This document shows, piece after piece, positions 11,119-23,667 of a DNA stretch of 64,000 bases. Numbering within the stretch: the stretch's first letter is position 1; every line of letters begins with the position of its first letter. The notes under the pieces are model-generated. The model worked only from the letters and a program-made list of their open reading frames with translations. It was not told the DNA's origin and did not search any database. The translations under genes were made by a program, and so were the position numbers. The DNA comes from Eledone cirrhosa (taxonomy: Eukaryota): the NCBI GenBank assembly GCA_964016885.1, contig OZ024740.1, forward strand, positions 292,702,001 through 292,766,000, written 5' to 3'.

Positions 11119-12946
11119 TTGGAAATTTCACCTTGCCTTCGGATTTCCATTTCGATACTAATACTCCGTTTTACATCATCTAGCTGTTCCCTTGAATGGA
11201 ATTGGAGATATACTAAAGCGTGGAGAACTTAATATTGTTAACAAGAATTTATTGGACCGTTTTGCACAACCAATAATACACCTTACTATATAACAACTAT
11301 ATATATATATATGTATATATATATTATTTATCTTACACGAGTTTCTACAAGAATGAAAGGGGAAAATGGAAAATAGAAATGGTGAAAAGCCTCTCTCAAG
11401 TTTCTTTATTATATATAGATGTGAAATATATTATAATCCGAGCATAGACTCGGGGAATTTAGTATCAAAAATGTATTCCACTAAATCCTATGTCATCAGA
11501 GACCTCGTCAGTAAAACCATCCTTTAGCACAACTATTGGTTTGGAAATAAGTCCTTCTAGCAGGTGCAGTACAAGTAGGCGTTAAAAGTCACAGGAGCGA
11601 TAGTAAAATCGTCCAAAGTTAAGACATGGGTGGGTTTGTGGTTAAGCTTGAATCCAATTTCAGAGCAAATAAAGTGTTCTGGCAAATCAACCGCCGATTT
11701 CGTATTAATACGTCCTCAACACCTATTAGGAACGCGTATGGGGTTCGCTCTTCAGTGAGGTGGAAGAACACCACTTCTAAACCAGCTGGCTTTTACCTTC
11801 CTAGAAAGCACAACACATGCCAGGGCAGCCCGTCATCTCCATCGATAGAAAATGAAAGACAACCCGGCATGTGGCTGTGGAGACCCTGACCAGACAGTAC
11901 TGTATGTTATTTGAGATTGTCCCTTCAGACGTTTTCTCGGTGACGGCTTAGTCAGACACGCTGGTCTCGACCTGTTTCTTTAACTATTGTGTATATGTCA
12001 TACGACAAGCAGAAGACTACACATCACCTCGTACCACATGATCTTCTTCCCCGTATCTCTCTACATCTGCCACTCGATATCACTTCTCTACAGAATTATA
12101 TTGTTATCCGCAGTTATGCAGTCTTGTAATAAGACCCCTCTTTTACTCTCTCCACGAAGAAGTTTAGACTTGTTTTATTCCTCAAAGTATAACATATATC
12201 CCACTTTTCTCACTATTTTTGTGACATCTTACCGACACAGAACATCGTTATGTTCTTTGGTTTAACAGTTTTACTAATTAAGCTGAAGATAATGTGGGTG
12301 GTCGTTAACAACCAATGGACTTTACAGGGGACTTAGAGTTACTGACTGTCAGATTTACACCAGAAAATTGTAAGAAAAGACAGACACAATCAAGGGAGTT
12401 TCACTGAACGTAGGCCTGAATGTTAAAAGGGATCAAATCAATGATATATCATTGGATCATATATTTGCGGCTGGGCAGCGCTTGTGAAACCAATCGACCG
12501 AATAAACTCCATTGAAATGAACTTACAGCGTGAATTCCTTGGATGGAGCTGGCTCAACCCACCCCAGGTGAACGCCGCCACCAGTAAGTAAGTAGGGGAT
12601 CCCTATCGTCAAACCAAGAGTATTTGCTGAAGCACGATCCTGCACAAAAAAGACCAGCAAAGGATCATAAGCTCAAATATGAAGTCTGTTCTGAGTGTTC
12701 AGAAACAGAGAAATATAAATGCAATATTGCAAAACTTTCATATGTTCACCAATCAATGCATGAGAAATAATATAATAAGAAGCAACAAGACAGTCAATCA
12801 CAATTTCAGTGTTCTGGAAAACGATTTATCAGTTGCCAATATCTTTCTTAAAATATTGATTCTTCTAGACAATTATTTTGTTTCCAACTACCAATTCTAA
12901 TATCCCCAGGTGTTGAAACAAATGATTTTGCACAGTTATTTATTTA

Positions 12947-12958
12947 TTTATTTATTTA

Positions 12959-13019
<61 letters not shown>

Positions 13020-13032
13020 GTTGTTGTTGTTT
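12947..13032. repeat. (ATTT)n/(ATT)n/(GTT)n microsatellite
   Basis: Direct reading. Confidence 0.95.
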
Positions 13033-13544
13033 GCTACTAAACATCACATTTCCTATTCTCTACCATACGATCGCTTCGAATGTTAACATTCCTGACAGCG
13101 CTAATGACTCAATAATACTAGAAGGGAAATTTTGTGTTCATGCCATTTCTAAATTAAACTTTCCACACAATTCCCTATAGACAACGACAATCCTCGCAAT
13201 ATTAACACATCTCTCGCAATTGTGTATTAGAAAATGAGAGTGAGAACATGTAAAAAAAATCCCATTAAATTATTATTACTTTATAGTCATTGCTGATGTT
13301 GAATAAGTAGATAATGGATTGCAGATGTGTCAGAAAGGAGAATAGACCAAAGTAGATACGAGGGAATAATTAAAGTTAAGTTAATCGTCTTTTGAGGGTA
13401 GATGGAATGCGTTGCGGTATTAGTTGTGGTTCTCTGCGCCCCGAGTTCAAATTCCGCTCAGGTCAGATACACCTTTCATCTTTTCGAGGTGGATTAATAT
13501 AATACCAGTCTAATATTGGGACTATTTTTTCTTTTATCTACCGC

Positions 13545-14612
13545 TTGACTGTCGTACCTTGTCCCCGTGAACACCTCGCCAAGATGGAACACATGCTCTT
13601 TCAGTTTCTGTGGAAGAAGTAGGCTCCCCTGGTGAGGAGATCCGTCTGCTGTCAGCACCCTTCCAACGGAGGGCTGGGAATGCCGTGGCTGATGATGCGC
13701 AAACATGCGCTGAGGCTGCGGCATATCCAGGTATTCCTCACCGACCCCCAACCGGTGTGGGCACCGTTTGTGAGACAGGCTTTCCCGCAGCTCGTCTCGC
13801 TAACGGAGCTGCAGTCCTGGGTCATCGAAGACGATGAGCTCATCAGTCTGTTTGGTAGGACTTTCCGCCCGGGACCTATGGACAACTTCCAGAGGTCCCT
13901 GGCCTGGCAGTGCTACCGAGGAGCTCTACCGGTTCGTGACAAGATCTACAGGCACGGACGCCTCGGCAGGGATCATTCCAAGAGGACGTGTCTAAGATGC
14001 GCACAGGACATTGAAACCGTCCTGCACGCAATTGTACACTGCCAGGGCGTAACCGACCTGTGGAACTATGCAGAACAACTGCTGTCGCGTATGGGACAAA
14101 TCCAGTTGACTGCCGAGTCCACAGTAAGGATCAAACCGCCAACTTCTTTAAAAAACGTGGCTATGGTGAAAGAAGTTATATGATGGACGAGATTGAGAGG
14201 ACTGAGGACAAATGCCTTTCTCTCCGGACAACAATTGATTCCCTTCTTTAAGTATCACTTTAGAAGGAAAATCACAGTGGAGAGAGAGGCACTGCACCCC
14301 AGTAAATTTACTGAAAGGTGGGTGAATGTGGCAAAAATGGCCCGAGTGATTGGGCCTTCTCTGTTTATAAACCTGTAGGTTAAAGAAGAGAGCAAAAGGA
14401 AGAAAGGAGCACTTGCACAACAGGCTCCTGGAGTTGAGGGTTATTCTATTGACGGGGTATTAAACAACCCATTTGTGGCGTTTCTCCCCTATTGGGGATT
14501 TCGATTATTGTAATTGTTTTTATATTTTTTTTACACGACTGTATGTAAAATCCCCGGCATGTCTTTGTATTGTCTTCTTTTCTTGTGCGCCCTTGTGGCA
14601 AATAAAGAAATC
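13545..14612 (+). mobile_element. Tx1/L1-clade LINE 3' fragment with internal deletion
   Basis: RRSVCCQHP..GGLGMPWL, LAWQCYRGALPVRDK and CLRC...ETVLH (zf-RVT-like); ends cccttgtggcaaataaa like the 42655 copy. Confidence 0.88.
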
Positions 14613-15193
14613 TATTTCTCTTTATCACTTACTCTCTCTCTTTCTATCTTCTCTATATATATCTTTCTCTCTGTCTATCTCTTCTCTCTGTTTCCTCCTC
14701 TCTTTCTATCTCCCCCTCTCTCGCTCTATATAAATATATATATAATTTTTAGATATAGAAATGGCCAGTCCTGTAGAATCAATTTCTACATTAAAAAATG
14801 ATGTTTACACTACTAATGTATTGACAGTGCCGGATTTAGGACAAATGAGGCCCTGTGTTAGTTACTTACTTGGGCTCTGAAGGAGGTAAAGCATATTTTT
14901 GGCAGAAAGATGCCCCCTCTCTCTATATATGTGTGTGTATGTGTGTGTGTATGTGTGTGTGTGTGTGTGTATGTGTGTGTGTGTGTGTGTTGTTCTTTCA
15001 TTTTTCTACGACTTGCGGTGTATCCATTACGAGAAATATATTGTTCACATACGTGCTGTGTATCGTATGCTTAAGTCTTGGTACTGCTTTATTTTTTTTT
15101 AGTATATATATATAAAACTCATAACAAAACAATGATTCCATTTTTTAGACGCAAGCATTAGGATAAAATATAACAGAGACATCAAATCCGTTT

Positions 15194-15396
15194 AGACCAA
15201 AGACACATACACGCATAAATCTATATAGAGACAGCGAATTTTTACAGACCAAAGACACATAGACGCATAAACCTATATAGAGACAGCGAATCTTTACAGA
15301 CCAAAGACACATACACACATAAACCTATATAGAGACAGCGAATCTTTACAGACTAAAGACACATACACACATAAACCTATATAGAGACAGCGAATG
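15194..15396. repeat. 52-bp minisatellite, about 4 copies
   Basis: agaccaaagacacatacacacataaacctatatagagacagcgaatctttac repeated. Confidence 0.95.
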
Positions 15397-17629
15397 TTTG
15401 CACAAATACAAAATATCAGTAAAAAAAAATCCCTACTTAGACGAGCAAAGCAAACACTAATCAACAATGTGTATTATAACAAACTAACTGACCAAACTAT
15501 ATCATAATACAACACAAATACATTAGACACCATATCAACTAAAAATACACAAACCACACATAAAGTGTATTATATGAATGAAATGAATGCTAATTGTAGA
15601 ATAGATGAACATATTAGTAAAAACTTCGTGAAACAAAACACAAAATGCATTAAACCCAATCGTTAATTAGTACTTATAATATAGTAGTAAGGCATTATAT
15701 TAACATTTTTTTACCAAAACAAACGACTTGAATGTGAGTCGAGAATGTAAAGATGTGATAACGTGCATAAATATATACAGAGAGGGAGAGAGAGAAAGAC
15801 AGCAGAAATGAGTATAAAAGTGAATGGAGTAGTGATATAAATGTCTGCAAAGAGGTGTTAAATGATGATGATGATGATGATGAGGAGGAGGAGGGCATTG
15901 ACACACACACACACACACACATTTACACATAAAGGGAGTAAGATTTACACGCGTATATATGAATCTATATGCATATGTTTACGCACACATACATCCACAT
16001 ACAAACATAATTCCTATATTATGCAGTCTTGTATACACCTCCATATAGATGCGTAAGCACAAACACATTATGTATATACATAAATGTATTCACATATGTA
16101 CACACACACACGCGGACGCTCCACCTGCCGGTTCCAACGTATATCTTCCCTTTGACCAACTGCAATTTATATCCAAGTTATGTTTTTATTGAAGCTATGA
16201 ACTGCATTTAACTTCATTTAATTTAATTTCGCTTCAATTAACTATTAATTCATTGATCAGATACACGGATGGAAACCTAATCAACGTAAACTGACTCTAA
16301 TGTTATTTCGAAATAAGGGTAGATGAGGTGGGATGGATTGGCAGAATTGGTAAAGAGTCGGATAAAATGACATTGTGGTATTTGTTCTGGTTCTTTGCAT
16401 GCTGAGTTCAAGCCACACCAAGGTCAACTTAGCCTTTCATCCTACCGCTTTGGATAAAAGCAAATATTAGTCAAGTACTGGGGTTGATTTGCCGGCCGTG
16501 TGCATCAATTAGAACTCGATATTATTTCGATTGAAATCGATTAATAGAATGAATGTAATGTGTCATTAAGACCAATTTTAATAGACCAAATGCTAATAAA
16601 TGTAACAAAGAAAGTTACACTGAGATGCCATTGTATTAATGAATAACATTACTGAACTATGGAAAGTGAATTATTAAACTTAAATTGTATAGAAAGATAA
16701 ATTAAATCGGGACATAAATGTACGACCCATAGACGCAGTGGGTCCGAATCTAGATAACATATATGATGTCTTAAATGTTTTTTTTATTACCTAAAGGTAC
16801 CACTCGGGGACAGAGAACTGAAGCTATTAATGTGACTCACTTGAACGCCATATGTGTGTGTGTGTGTGTTTTAGAGGTGGGTGGGGGTGGATGGATGGAA
16901 AGATGGATGGGAAATATTTGTCCACAGGGGAGAATCGAAATCTCTATCTACAAATCTCCATTCTACTCTTCCCCAAATTATCAGAATTCACATAAGTATC
17001 TGTAAAATTCAGTGTAAAAAGTAAAGGGTTCTTTGCTTGTTTTGATGTAAACTGCGTGCTTCTCAACACATATCCTTCCCTTCAGTTCTTCATTACCTTT
17101 TAACGGATTAATTAAAAACTCACTTCATTTAATTATATTACTAATCGGAACTCTACAGAAATTGTGTCAGTTTGACATGTGAAACCAACGTTTCACAAAT
17201 CATTAATAGCCCTTTCCCGCCAATTCAATAACCTTTCAACAAGCAGTTAAATGCGGGCTGTTATCTTACCGGTTTATCATGCTTATGTGCAGAGAATCAA
17301 TGACGACGAGGATCATATGATAATATGTTATCTGAAGCGATATTAGGTTATTATCGTCCAGAAGTAGGCATTTCAAAGGGATTTCCGGAAGCTTTGGTAA
17401 GTTAGCGTTTACAATTTGAAGGATGGGGGGGGGGGGGGGGTGTGCACAATACAAAGCTCTCTGGCTACTTATTATAATCTATTTCAAACAAGCATATCCG
17501 CTCTGCCCTTATTTCACAATACGTTATTTAGTAAAAGTGAGGTTACTAAGTGGGCTATGCTTAATTCTATTAGTCAAATCTTCGACCTATTGTCTATTGT
17601 TATACCAGTGACTAATTGAGGAAAGTTGC

Positions 17630-19440
17630 TAATTGAAGACACATGGAAGAGGAGTATTGGTTGAGATGCTCCTCTATCAAAGGATATCTGTCGACTATGG
17701 ACTATTTTTTTGTATAGAACTAGACTGGTTCAAATAACTTAAATTTCCTCGAACAACCATAGCCACAGATCTTTCGACTAGAGATGATTTTACTCTACAT
17801 ATATTCAGTGATAACAATAGAATTGATATGGTTTTACCACTTATACTTCAGTATTTGGACAAACACCATCGTCGCGTTTTATGAAGAGCAAATCCCCATC
17901 AAAGTAAAAAAAAACTATATACCTCAAGCAGAATAGTTAGCAGTATGTCATACAAACGTATTTCCATGATCTTGAGAGCTTTGGTCAGAATGACGAACAA
18001 GATTCACATAGAGACTTGTTCTACAACGGGTTCTCGATGGTGCAAAACCCCCAAAGAAATTTATCTGCCATAGTATTCAAGCTGAATACATCACCGAGAG
18101 TCAATATCAATAATTATACGCGAGAGAACATTGCAGATGCTCATACATGGAATTTATGAAATACTTTAACATTTAGTTTCACAGGTGTAGTTAATTAGGA
18201 ACAGAAGCTGAGTGACCTTTGTATCCTCTTGGATGTCTCTTAGAAGCTAATCTAGAAAGAAAAAAATAATCAACGTATCAATTTTAAATCTTTTCTCTAC
18301 TTTTGAGGCTCTACCGCCTCCAATATTCAGTATGAACAAACTGTCAACGTTTAATAAACTTATACCAATAACTACTTTCGATTTCAAATTTATCTGAACG
18401 TCGCGTAAACAAATAGTAGATGCATGACCTTTCCCTCAGAAATATTGGATTCTTAGGATGTAACATGAATGTTTCTCTATAGAAACGTTTATCTTAAAAT
18501 TCTGTTCGATAGCGACACACTTCCTTTTCGCGACTTGAACTTGTTTCGAGATGAGGAAATTTTGTTCGATATCGTGGGTGATTGGCTAGTGTCAACAACC
18601 ATTGCTATGTAATTCTTAACTCTATGTTTCTTGCCAAGTATCATCCCGCTTACGACGTCGCTTTTAAACGATGTTCATATTCATTGCAAATATTTCGTTG
18701 AAAGAAACCGGCTACTGGTTGCCAGCTGGTAGACAGGTAGTAAAATCTGTTATAAAAATTACATGACACAGTATTTGTCTCACAGTTACCCAAAGATGAC
18801 CAACTTGCGGAAATAATGCCTTAGATTTATCATGCTTTTGAATCACATTGCTATTGACTATACTTGTCATATCTGTCACGAATGACTGGCGAACTCGTTA
18901 AAATGTGTATTGTTCTCTATACTTGTTTAGGAATATTTCTATTCATTTGTACCTTGAAATATTTCTTTATGAAACCCTTTCTGCAGTTTTTCAGATGTTT
19001 CTGTAGTACATGTTTAGTTTCTTCTACCAATATAAGAGACAACGGAACTTAAATATCTAGAGTCAATTTCGTACCCTAGTAAGTTTTTTGTTCGATGATT
19101 TTAAGGCTTGAGTGCACATTCAAATCAGCATGACACGACACTGGTTCAGGTCTGTTGGGTCTGGAGGTGACTATGAGAGGCAAATTTAGACTGTGAGAAG
19201 ATGCCTCTACTATTCGCTCGAAAGTAATTTACTTATTATGAGCTTCTAACATTGTTATTAGAAATTCAAAACGCAATCAATAATAAGCCAATAATTTAGT
19301 AATTGATCCGTCGATGCCTAAAAAGGTTGCATCTGTTTAACAAAGGTTTCGACTCCGATTCACCGTGAAATTCGTCGCAGTCAGATGCATTAAATCAACT
19401 GTACATTCAGAAATCCTTTGAAATTCACAATAAATTGTTT
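17630..19440 (+). mobile_element. BEL/Pao LTR retrotransposon pol fossil (integrase region clearest)
   Basis: Broken frames encode YWLPAGRQVVKSVIK, HIAIDYT, KMCIVLYTCL, FLQFFRCFCS, DNGT, GGDYER and EIQNAINNKP; left boundary uncertain. Confidence 0.7.
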
Positions 19441-19468
19441 GAACAATACAGAACTATGTACTACCACT

Positions 19469-19626
19469 GGTGAATTGGCTGTATCGGTACGCTTTCTAGC
19501 GTAGTTACGTCCCTTTATGATCTGAGTTCAAATCCCGTCAAGGTTAACTTTGCCTTTCACCCTTACGGGGTCGATGAAATAAAGTACCAGTAATGCACTG
19601 CGCTTGTGCCAAAAGTAGAAACAGTT
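19469..19626 (+). mobile_element. tRNA-derived SINE (Meta-domain-like)
   Basis: A-box ggtgaattgg, B-box gagttcaaatccc, gcctttca.cc...ggggtcgat.aaataaagtaccag core. Confidence 0.8.
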
Positions 19627-19652
19627 ATTTAGTAAGCCTTCGTGAAACAAAT

Positions 19653-19834
19653 AATTGTTTCTACTTTTGGCACAAAGCCAGCAATTATTCCAGTGCATTA
19701 CTGGTACTTTATTTTATCGACCCCGTAAGGCTGAAAGGCAAAGTTAACCTCCGCAGGATTTGAAATTAAACCGTAAAGGGCCGTAACTCTTTGCCGCAAA
19801 GCATGGTGTCCGACCCTCTACCGATACTGCCAAT
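19653..19834 (-). mobile_element. tRNA-derived SINE (Meta-domain-like)
   Basis: Reverse copy, tail-to-tail with 19469-19626. Confidence 0.8.
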
Positions 19835-20529
19835 CCAATGACATCTCTTTGTAGTCGACATTGTATTTTTGGACTCTCAGAATAAACATCGAGTGCACTA
19901 AGCTATGGGTTGCGTCAATAAACAGATTTATGGAGATAACGGCAAAATATGAAGTGCCATATAGTATTGTAAAAATAGGTACCAAGGAATTTATCTATTA
20001 CCTGATCAATCGTCTTTATTAATTAGAAGTACAAGCCACACATTGAGAGACAAAGGGAGTACGTCTTTGATAGATGAAACCACTTCAGCTGAGACATCAG
20101 TCGGACGCACGGAATTGAATCAATGCATTAATGAACACGAAATTTCAATAGTTAGACTCTCACTTAGCGAAGTTTCGTTCATTTCAACTAATTTTGTTCA
20201 ATTTTAAACAATCATATATTAATTCAATCTGGTTGTACACTTTTTACTTCATATACCTATTTTTTCCATATCTAACTATTTTTAGAACATCTGTTTCTCT
20301 TGGGATGGTGGAGATTTTTGTCTACCGGCGAGAATAGAAATCCTGACCTACATGTTTAAATTCTGTTCTTAACCAAATTATTCAAAAATTCAAATACTGA
20401 ACAAATGCTGTGGACAAAGTAAACTGATATTTGCTCGTCTTGACGTTGTGAACAGCGTTCTAAGCGCACACTCTTTTGCTCAGTTGGACATTATCTTTGC
20501 TGTACAATTATCATATTTCTTTTACTGGG

Positions 20530-21200
20530 GCTGAGCTAGCACCGAAAGACGCTGTCTACATTCTCGGCTTCCCAAGACCTCAGTCTCTTTCAGCCACACA
20601 CTGACCTGTGAGGTCCTCCGCAAGACGACAGAACCTGTCGTGATTCGGGAACTGCAGTTATCTCCGGTCGATTGGACTGACGAAGGCCTCATCATCAAAC
20701 GTAACTGGGATGCCATAAAGTGTAGGTCTTCCTTCAAACGGATTGAGTCTTCCTTGGACCCAAATCGTTCGGCATGCCTCCTTCGGTGCCCTCCTCATAA
20801 AAAAGTACTCTTCTTGATGAGTGCACACACGCATTGGAGTAGCCCAGCGCCTCGGCCTCCGCGTGTGCGAGCCACACAAATTCAGTTGGGGTGGGGGTGG
20901 GGGTAGGGTGGGGGAGTGCTGACGAGTTCGTCCTGCACCCGATATGATGCCGATTTAGCGCAGGCCAATTTCCCGACACGCCACTCTGAATGACATCATC
21001 AAAAGAAGCCACGACGCAGCCGGATTCCCATTACAACTGGAGCCAGCTGGCCTCGACCGGAACAACCCTCTTTACATTCGAGGAACGTAGATCACTAATC
21101 TGGGACGCGACTTGTGACTCGTTCTCCTTGTCGCGAGGTGGTTCTCGCAGAGGGTGCTGCATTCTCCATGGCAATGCCTTCGTCACGTTGTTTATGGGGC
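20530..21200 (+). mobile_element. CRE-clade non-LTR retrotransposon C-terminal fossil (Zn-knuckle/restriction-like endonuclease region)
   Basis: Across frames: RIGVAQRLGLRVCEPHK, CRFSAG..RHATLNDIIKRS.DAAGFP..LEPAGLDR, RSLIWDATC and ILHGNA. Confidence 0.75.
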
Positions 21201-21744
21201 ACAGCCGAATCAGCGCTTAGATTGGGGTGTAGAGGCTGTTCCTTTCCCTCTCTTTCGTTACTTAATTCGCTTTTTTTTTCTTTTGTCCATTTCGTTTTTG
21301 TTTTATTTAAATATCATCTTTAGAGTAACGACCGTACAAAATGCCTTGTGGTATTTATAGCTTCTGTTCTTAGATTTTTTTCATATCACTAGTCCATCTC
21401 GTTTTTCTTTTTGTGGTGTCGATGTAATATGTACCAGAAAAATGTTCAATCCATCGACTTTCCTAACCTAGTATGTGAATCTTTTTTAAATATCTAATTC
21501 ATTTTTATTTCCCTCCCGTGTTAAACTGAATACGGGTTTATTCTTGAACGGTCCCAGTACCAGTTTTGTTTTGCAATGAGTGATGTTTCCTAGCTCCTAG
21601 CTGAACCTTACTTAATTTTTGGAGATAGGGATGCTGTGACCAGTGGTCTCGCACGACCACTGGTCACAGCGCAGCCTAGCTGAGTCTGAGTGTGTGTGTG
21701 TGTATGTATGTATATGTGTGTGCATGATATATATATATATATAT

Positions 21745-21908
21745 ATAGGAACCAGTAAGACCCCGACAGCTGAGCTAGAATTAGCCGTCGAAACGGCTTG
21801 AGCTCAGCTGTCGGGGTCTTACTGGTTCCTATTACCCACTCTACTACCTCAAGTATTGAGTACTTTGGTGCGTTATGGTCCACCTGGTTCCTTACCACAT
21901 TTCCTTCG

Positions 21909-21910
<2 letters not shown>
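21745..21910 (+). mobile_element. PLE 3'-end remnant (family A) with own fold-back and half hammerhead
   Basis: Arms 21745-21776 and 21801-21832; homologous to 6061-6191; between TA tracts. Confidence 0.75.
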
Positions 21911-21948
<38 letters not shown>

Positions 21949-22139
21949 AATATAGAGAGAGAGCGAGAGAAAGAGAGAGAGAGAATTGTCGATCTTGGAC
22001 GGGGGAAAGGTAAAGTTTGCTTCAATGTGATTTGAACTTGTACAAAGCTGGAACAAATACCACACCCTATTTCTTCCTACATTTAAACGAATCTTCCAAT
22101 TCAACGACTTTTCTGACATGTAAAAATATCATTATTATC

Positions 22140-22768
22140 GGAGTTCAAATCCCGCCGAGGTTAACTTTGCCTTTCATCCTTACGGGGTCGATAAAATAAA
22201 GTACCAGTAATGTACTGGGTAATTTCTGGCCTTGTGCCGATAGTAGAAACAATTATTATCGGTGAATTGGCAGTATCGGTAGAGGGTCGGACGCCATGCT
22301 TTGACGCATAGAGTTACGGCCCTTGCCATTCTGAGTTCAAATCCCGCCGAGGTTAACTTTGCCTTTCATCCTTACGGGGTTGATAAAATAAAGTACCAGT
22401 AATCTACTGGGTAATTGCTGGCCTTGTGCCAATGGTAGAAACAATTATTATTCCAAGTGTTAAGTGGACAGTAGTGAGAAAAGTGTCTTGTCGTATTAAG
22501 TTATATTCCTGTACTTTCTGAGTTCAAATACCGAAAAGGTCTTCTCTACTTTTCATATTTCCAGAGTTGATAAAATAATACCAGCCCCAGATAGGGTCGA
22601 TCTAATCGACTATATCTGCCACCATTAGCATAGTTACGTCCCTTTACGATCTGAGTTCAAATCCCGCCGAGGTTGACTTTGCCTTTCATCCTTACAGGGT
22701 CGATAAAATAAAGTACCAGTAATGCACTGGGTAATTGCTGGCCTTGTGCCTAAAGTAGAAACAATTAT
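22140..22768 (+). mobile_element. Cluster of tandem tRNA-SINE copies (Meta-like)
   Basis: Copies at about 22140-22255, 22261-22447, 22520-22610 and 22628-22768. Confidence 0.85.
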
Positions 22769-22918
22769 TGTTATAAAGTTCTATATGTGCAAGAGTGGAG
22801 GCTGATAAGCTGGTTAGCGTACCAAACAAGGTACTTTGTGATATTCACTTACTTTCCTTTCTGTTCCATGTGTTATCAAATTCCACCAGTCGACTTCGTC
22901 TTTCCATGCTTGTTAAAA

Positions 22919-23102
22919 TAATTGTTTCTACTTTAGGCACAAGACCAGCAATTACACCCAGTGCATTACTGGTACTTTATTTTATCGACCCCGTAAGGAT
23001 GAAAGGCAAAGTCAACCTTGGCGAGATTTGAACTCAGATCGTAAAGGGACGTAACTATGCTGGAAAGCATGGCGTCCGACCCTCTACCGATACTGTCAAT
23101 CC
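22919..23102 (-). mobile_element. tRNA-derived SINE (Meta-like)
   Basis: Full reverse copy. Confidence 0.85.
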
Positions 23103-23667
23103 ACAAAATAATGTACCATTTATGTACTAAGGTCAAGTATTCAGTCTCGCTAAAATGTATGGTCTTGTGATTAAGCGAGAAAAAAAAAAATGTTTTTCAA
23201 TGATGAATAAGGGAGACAATTTGAAAACCTTTATTTGAAGGATTCTAAAGCAAGCATAGTCTTTCCTTAATTTAGTGAACGGGAATGAAACTCCGTCGAA
23301 TTCGACGATGAGTGTTCCAGTTTTTCGATCAACGGAACTGTCTGTTCACGAAACTAACGTCCTGATAATTCCACAGACACGCGTACCATTAACGTAGTTC
23401 CCAAGGATTCAATGTGACACTGTGTGTAGCAAGACTGGCCTTTTGAGTTACAGGTACAACTAATTTTTATCAGCTGAGTGGAATGGAGCAACAGGAAATG
23501 AAGTGTCCTGCAGATGGGGAAACCGCATCGCCGGGAATCAAACTGAAAATCTTACAATCGTGACATGAACACCCTAACCTGTAAGCCACGCGTCTTCTCT
23601 TTGCCGAAGTATGAACGAGTAAAATATTAAATATGATAAACTACACAGTTATTGGCCTGGAATTGAA

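Larger units (their letters stand above)
10488..11152. repeat. Inverted repeat (about 208-bp arms, 248-bp spacer), inverted pLTR-like
   Basis: 10488-10696 versus 10945-11152; the ORF track shows the same spurious peptide on both strands. Confidence 0.95.

Noticed and set aside
11387-11510. CTGATGA and CTGACGA on minus strand with nearby hairpins
   Set aside because: No correctly placed GAAA-stem III-UH closing stem I
15194-15396. CRISPR-like regular repeats (also 40650-40752)
   Set aside because: Head-to-tail tandem units without unique spacers in a eukaryotic context
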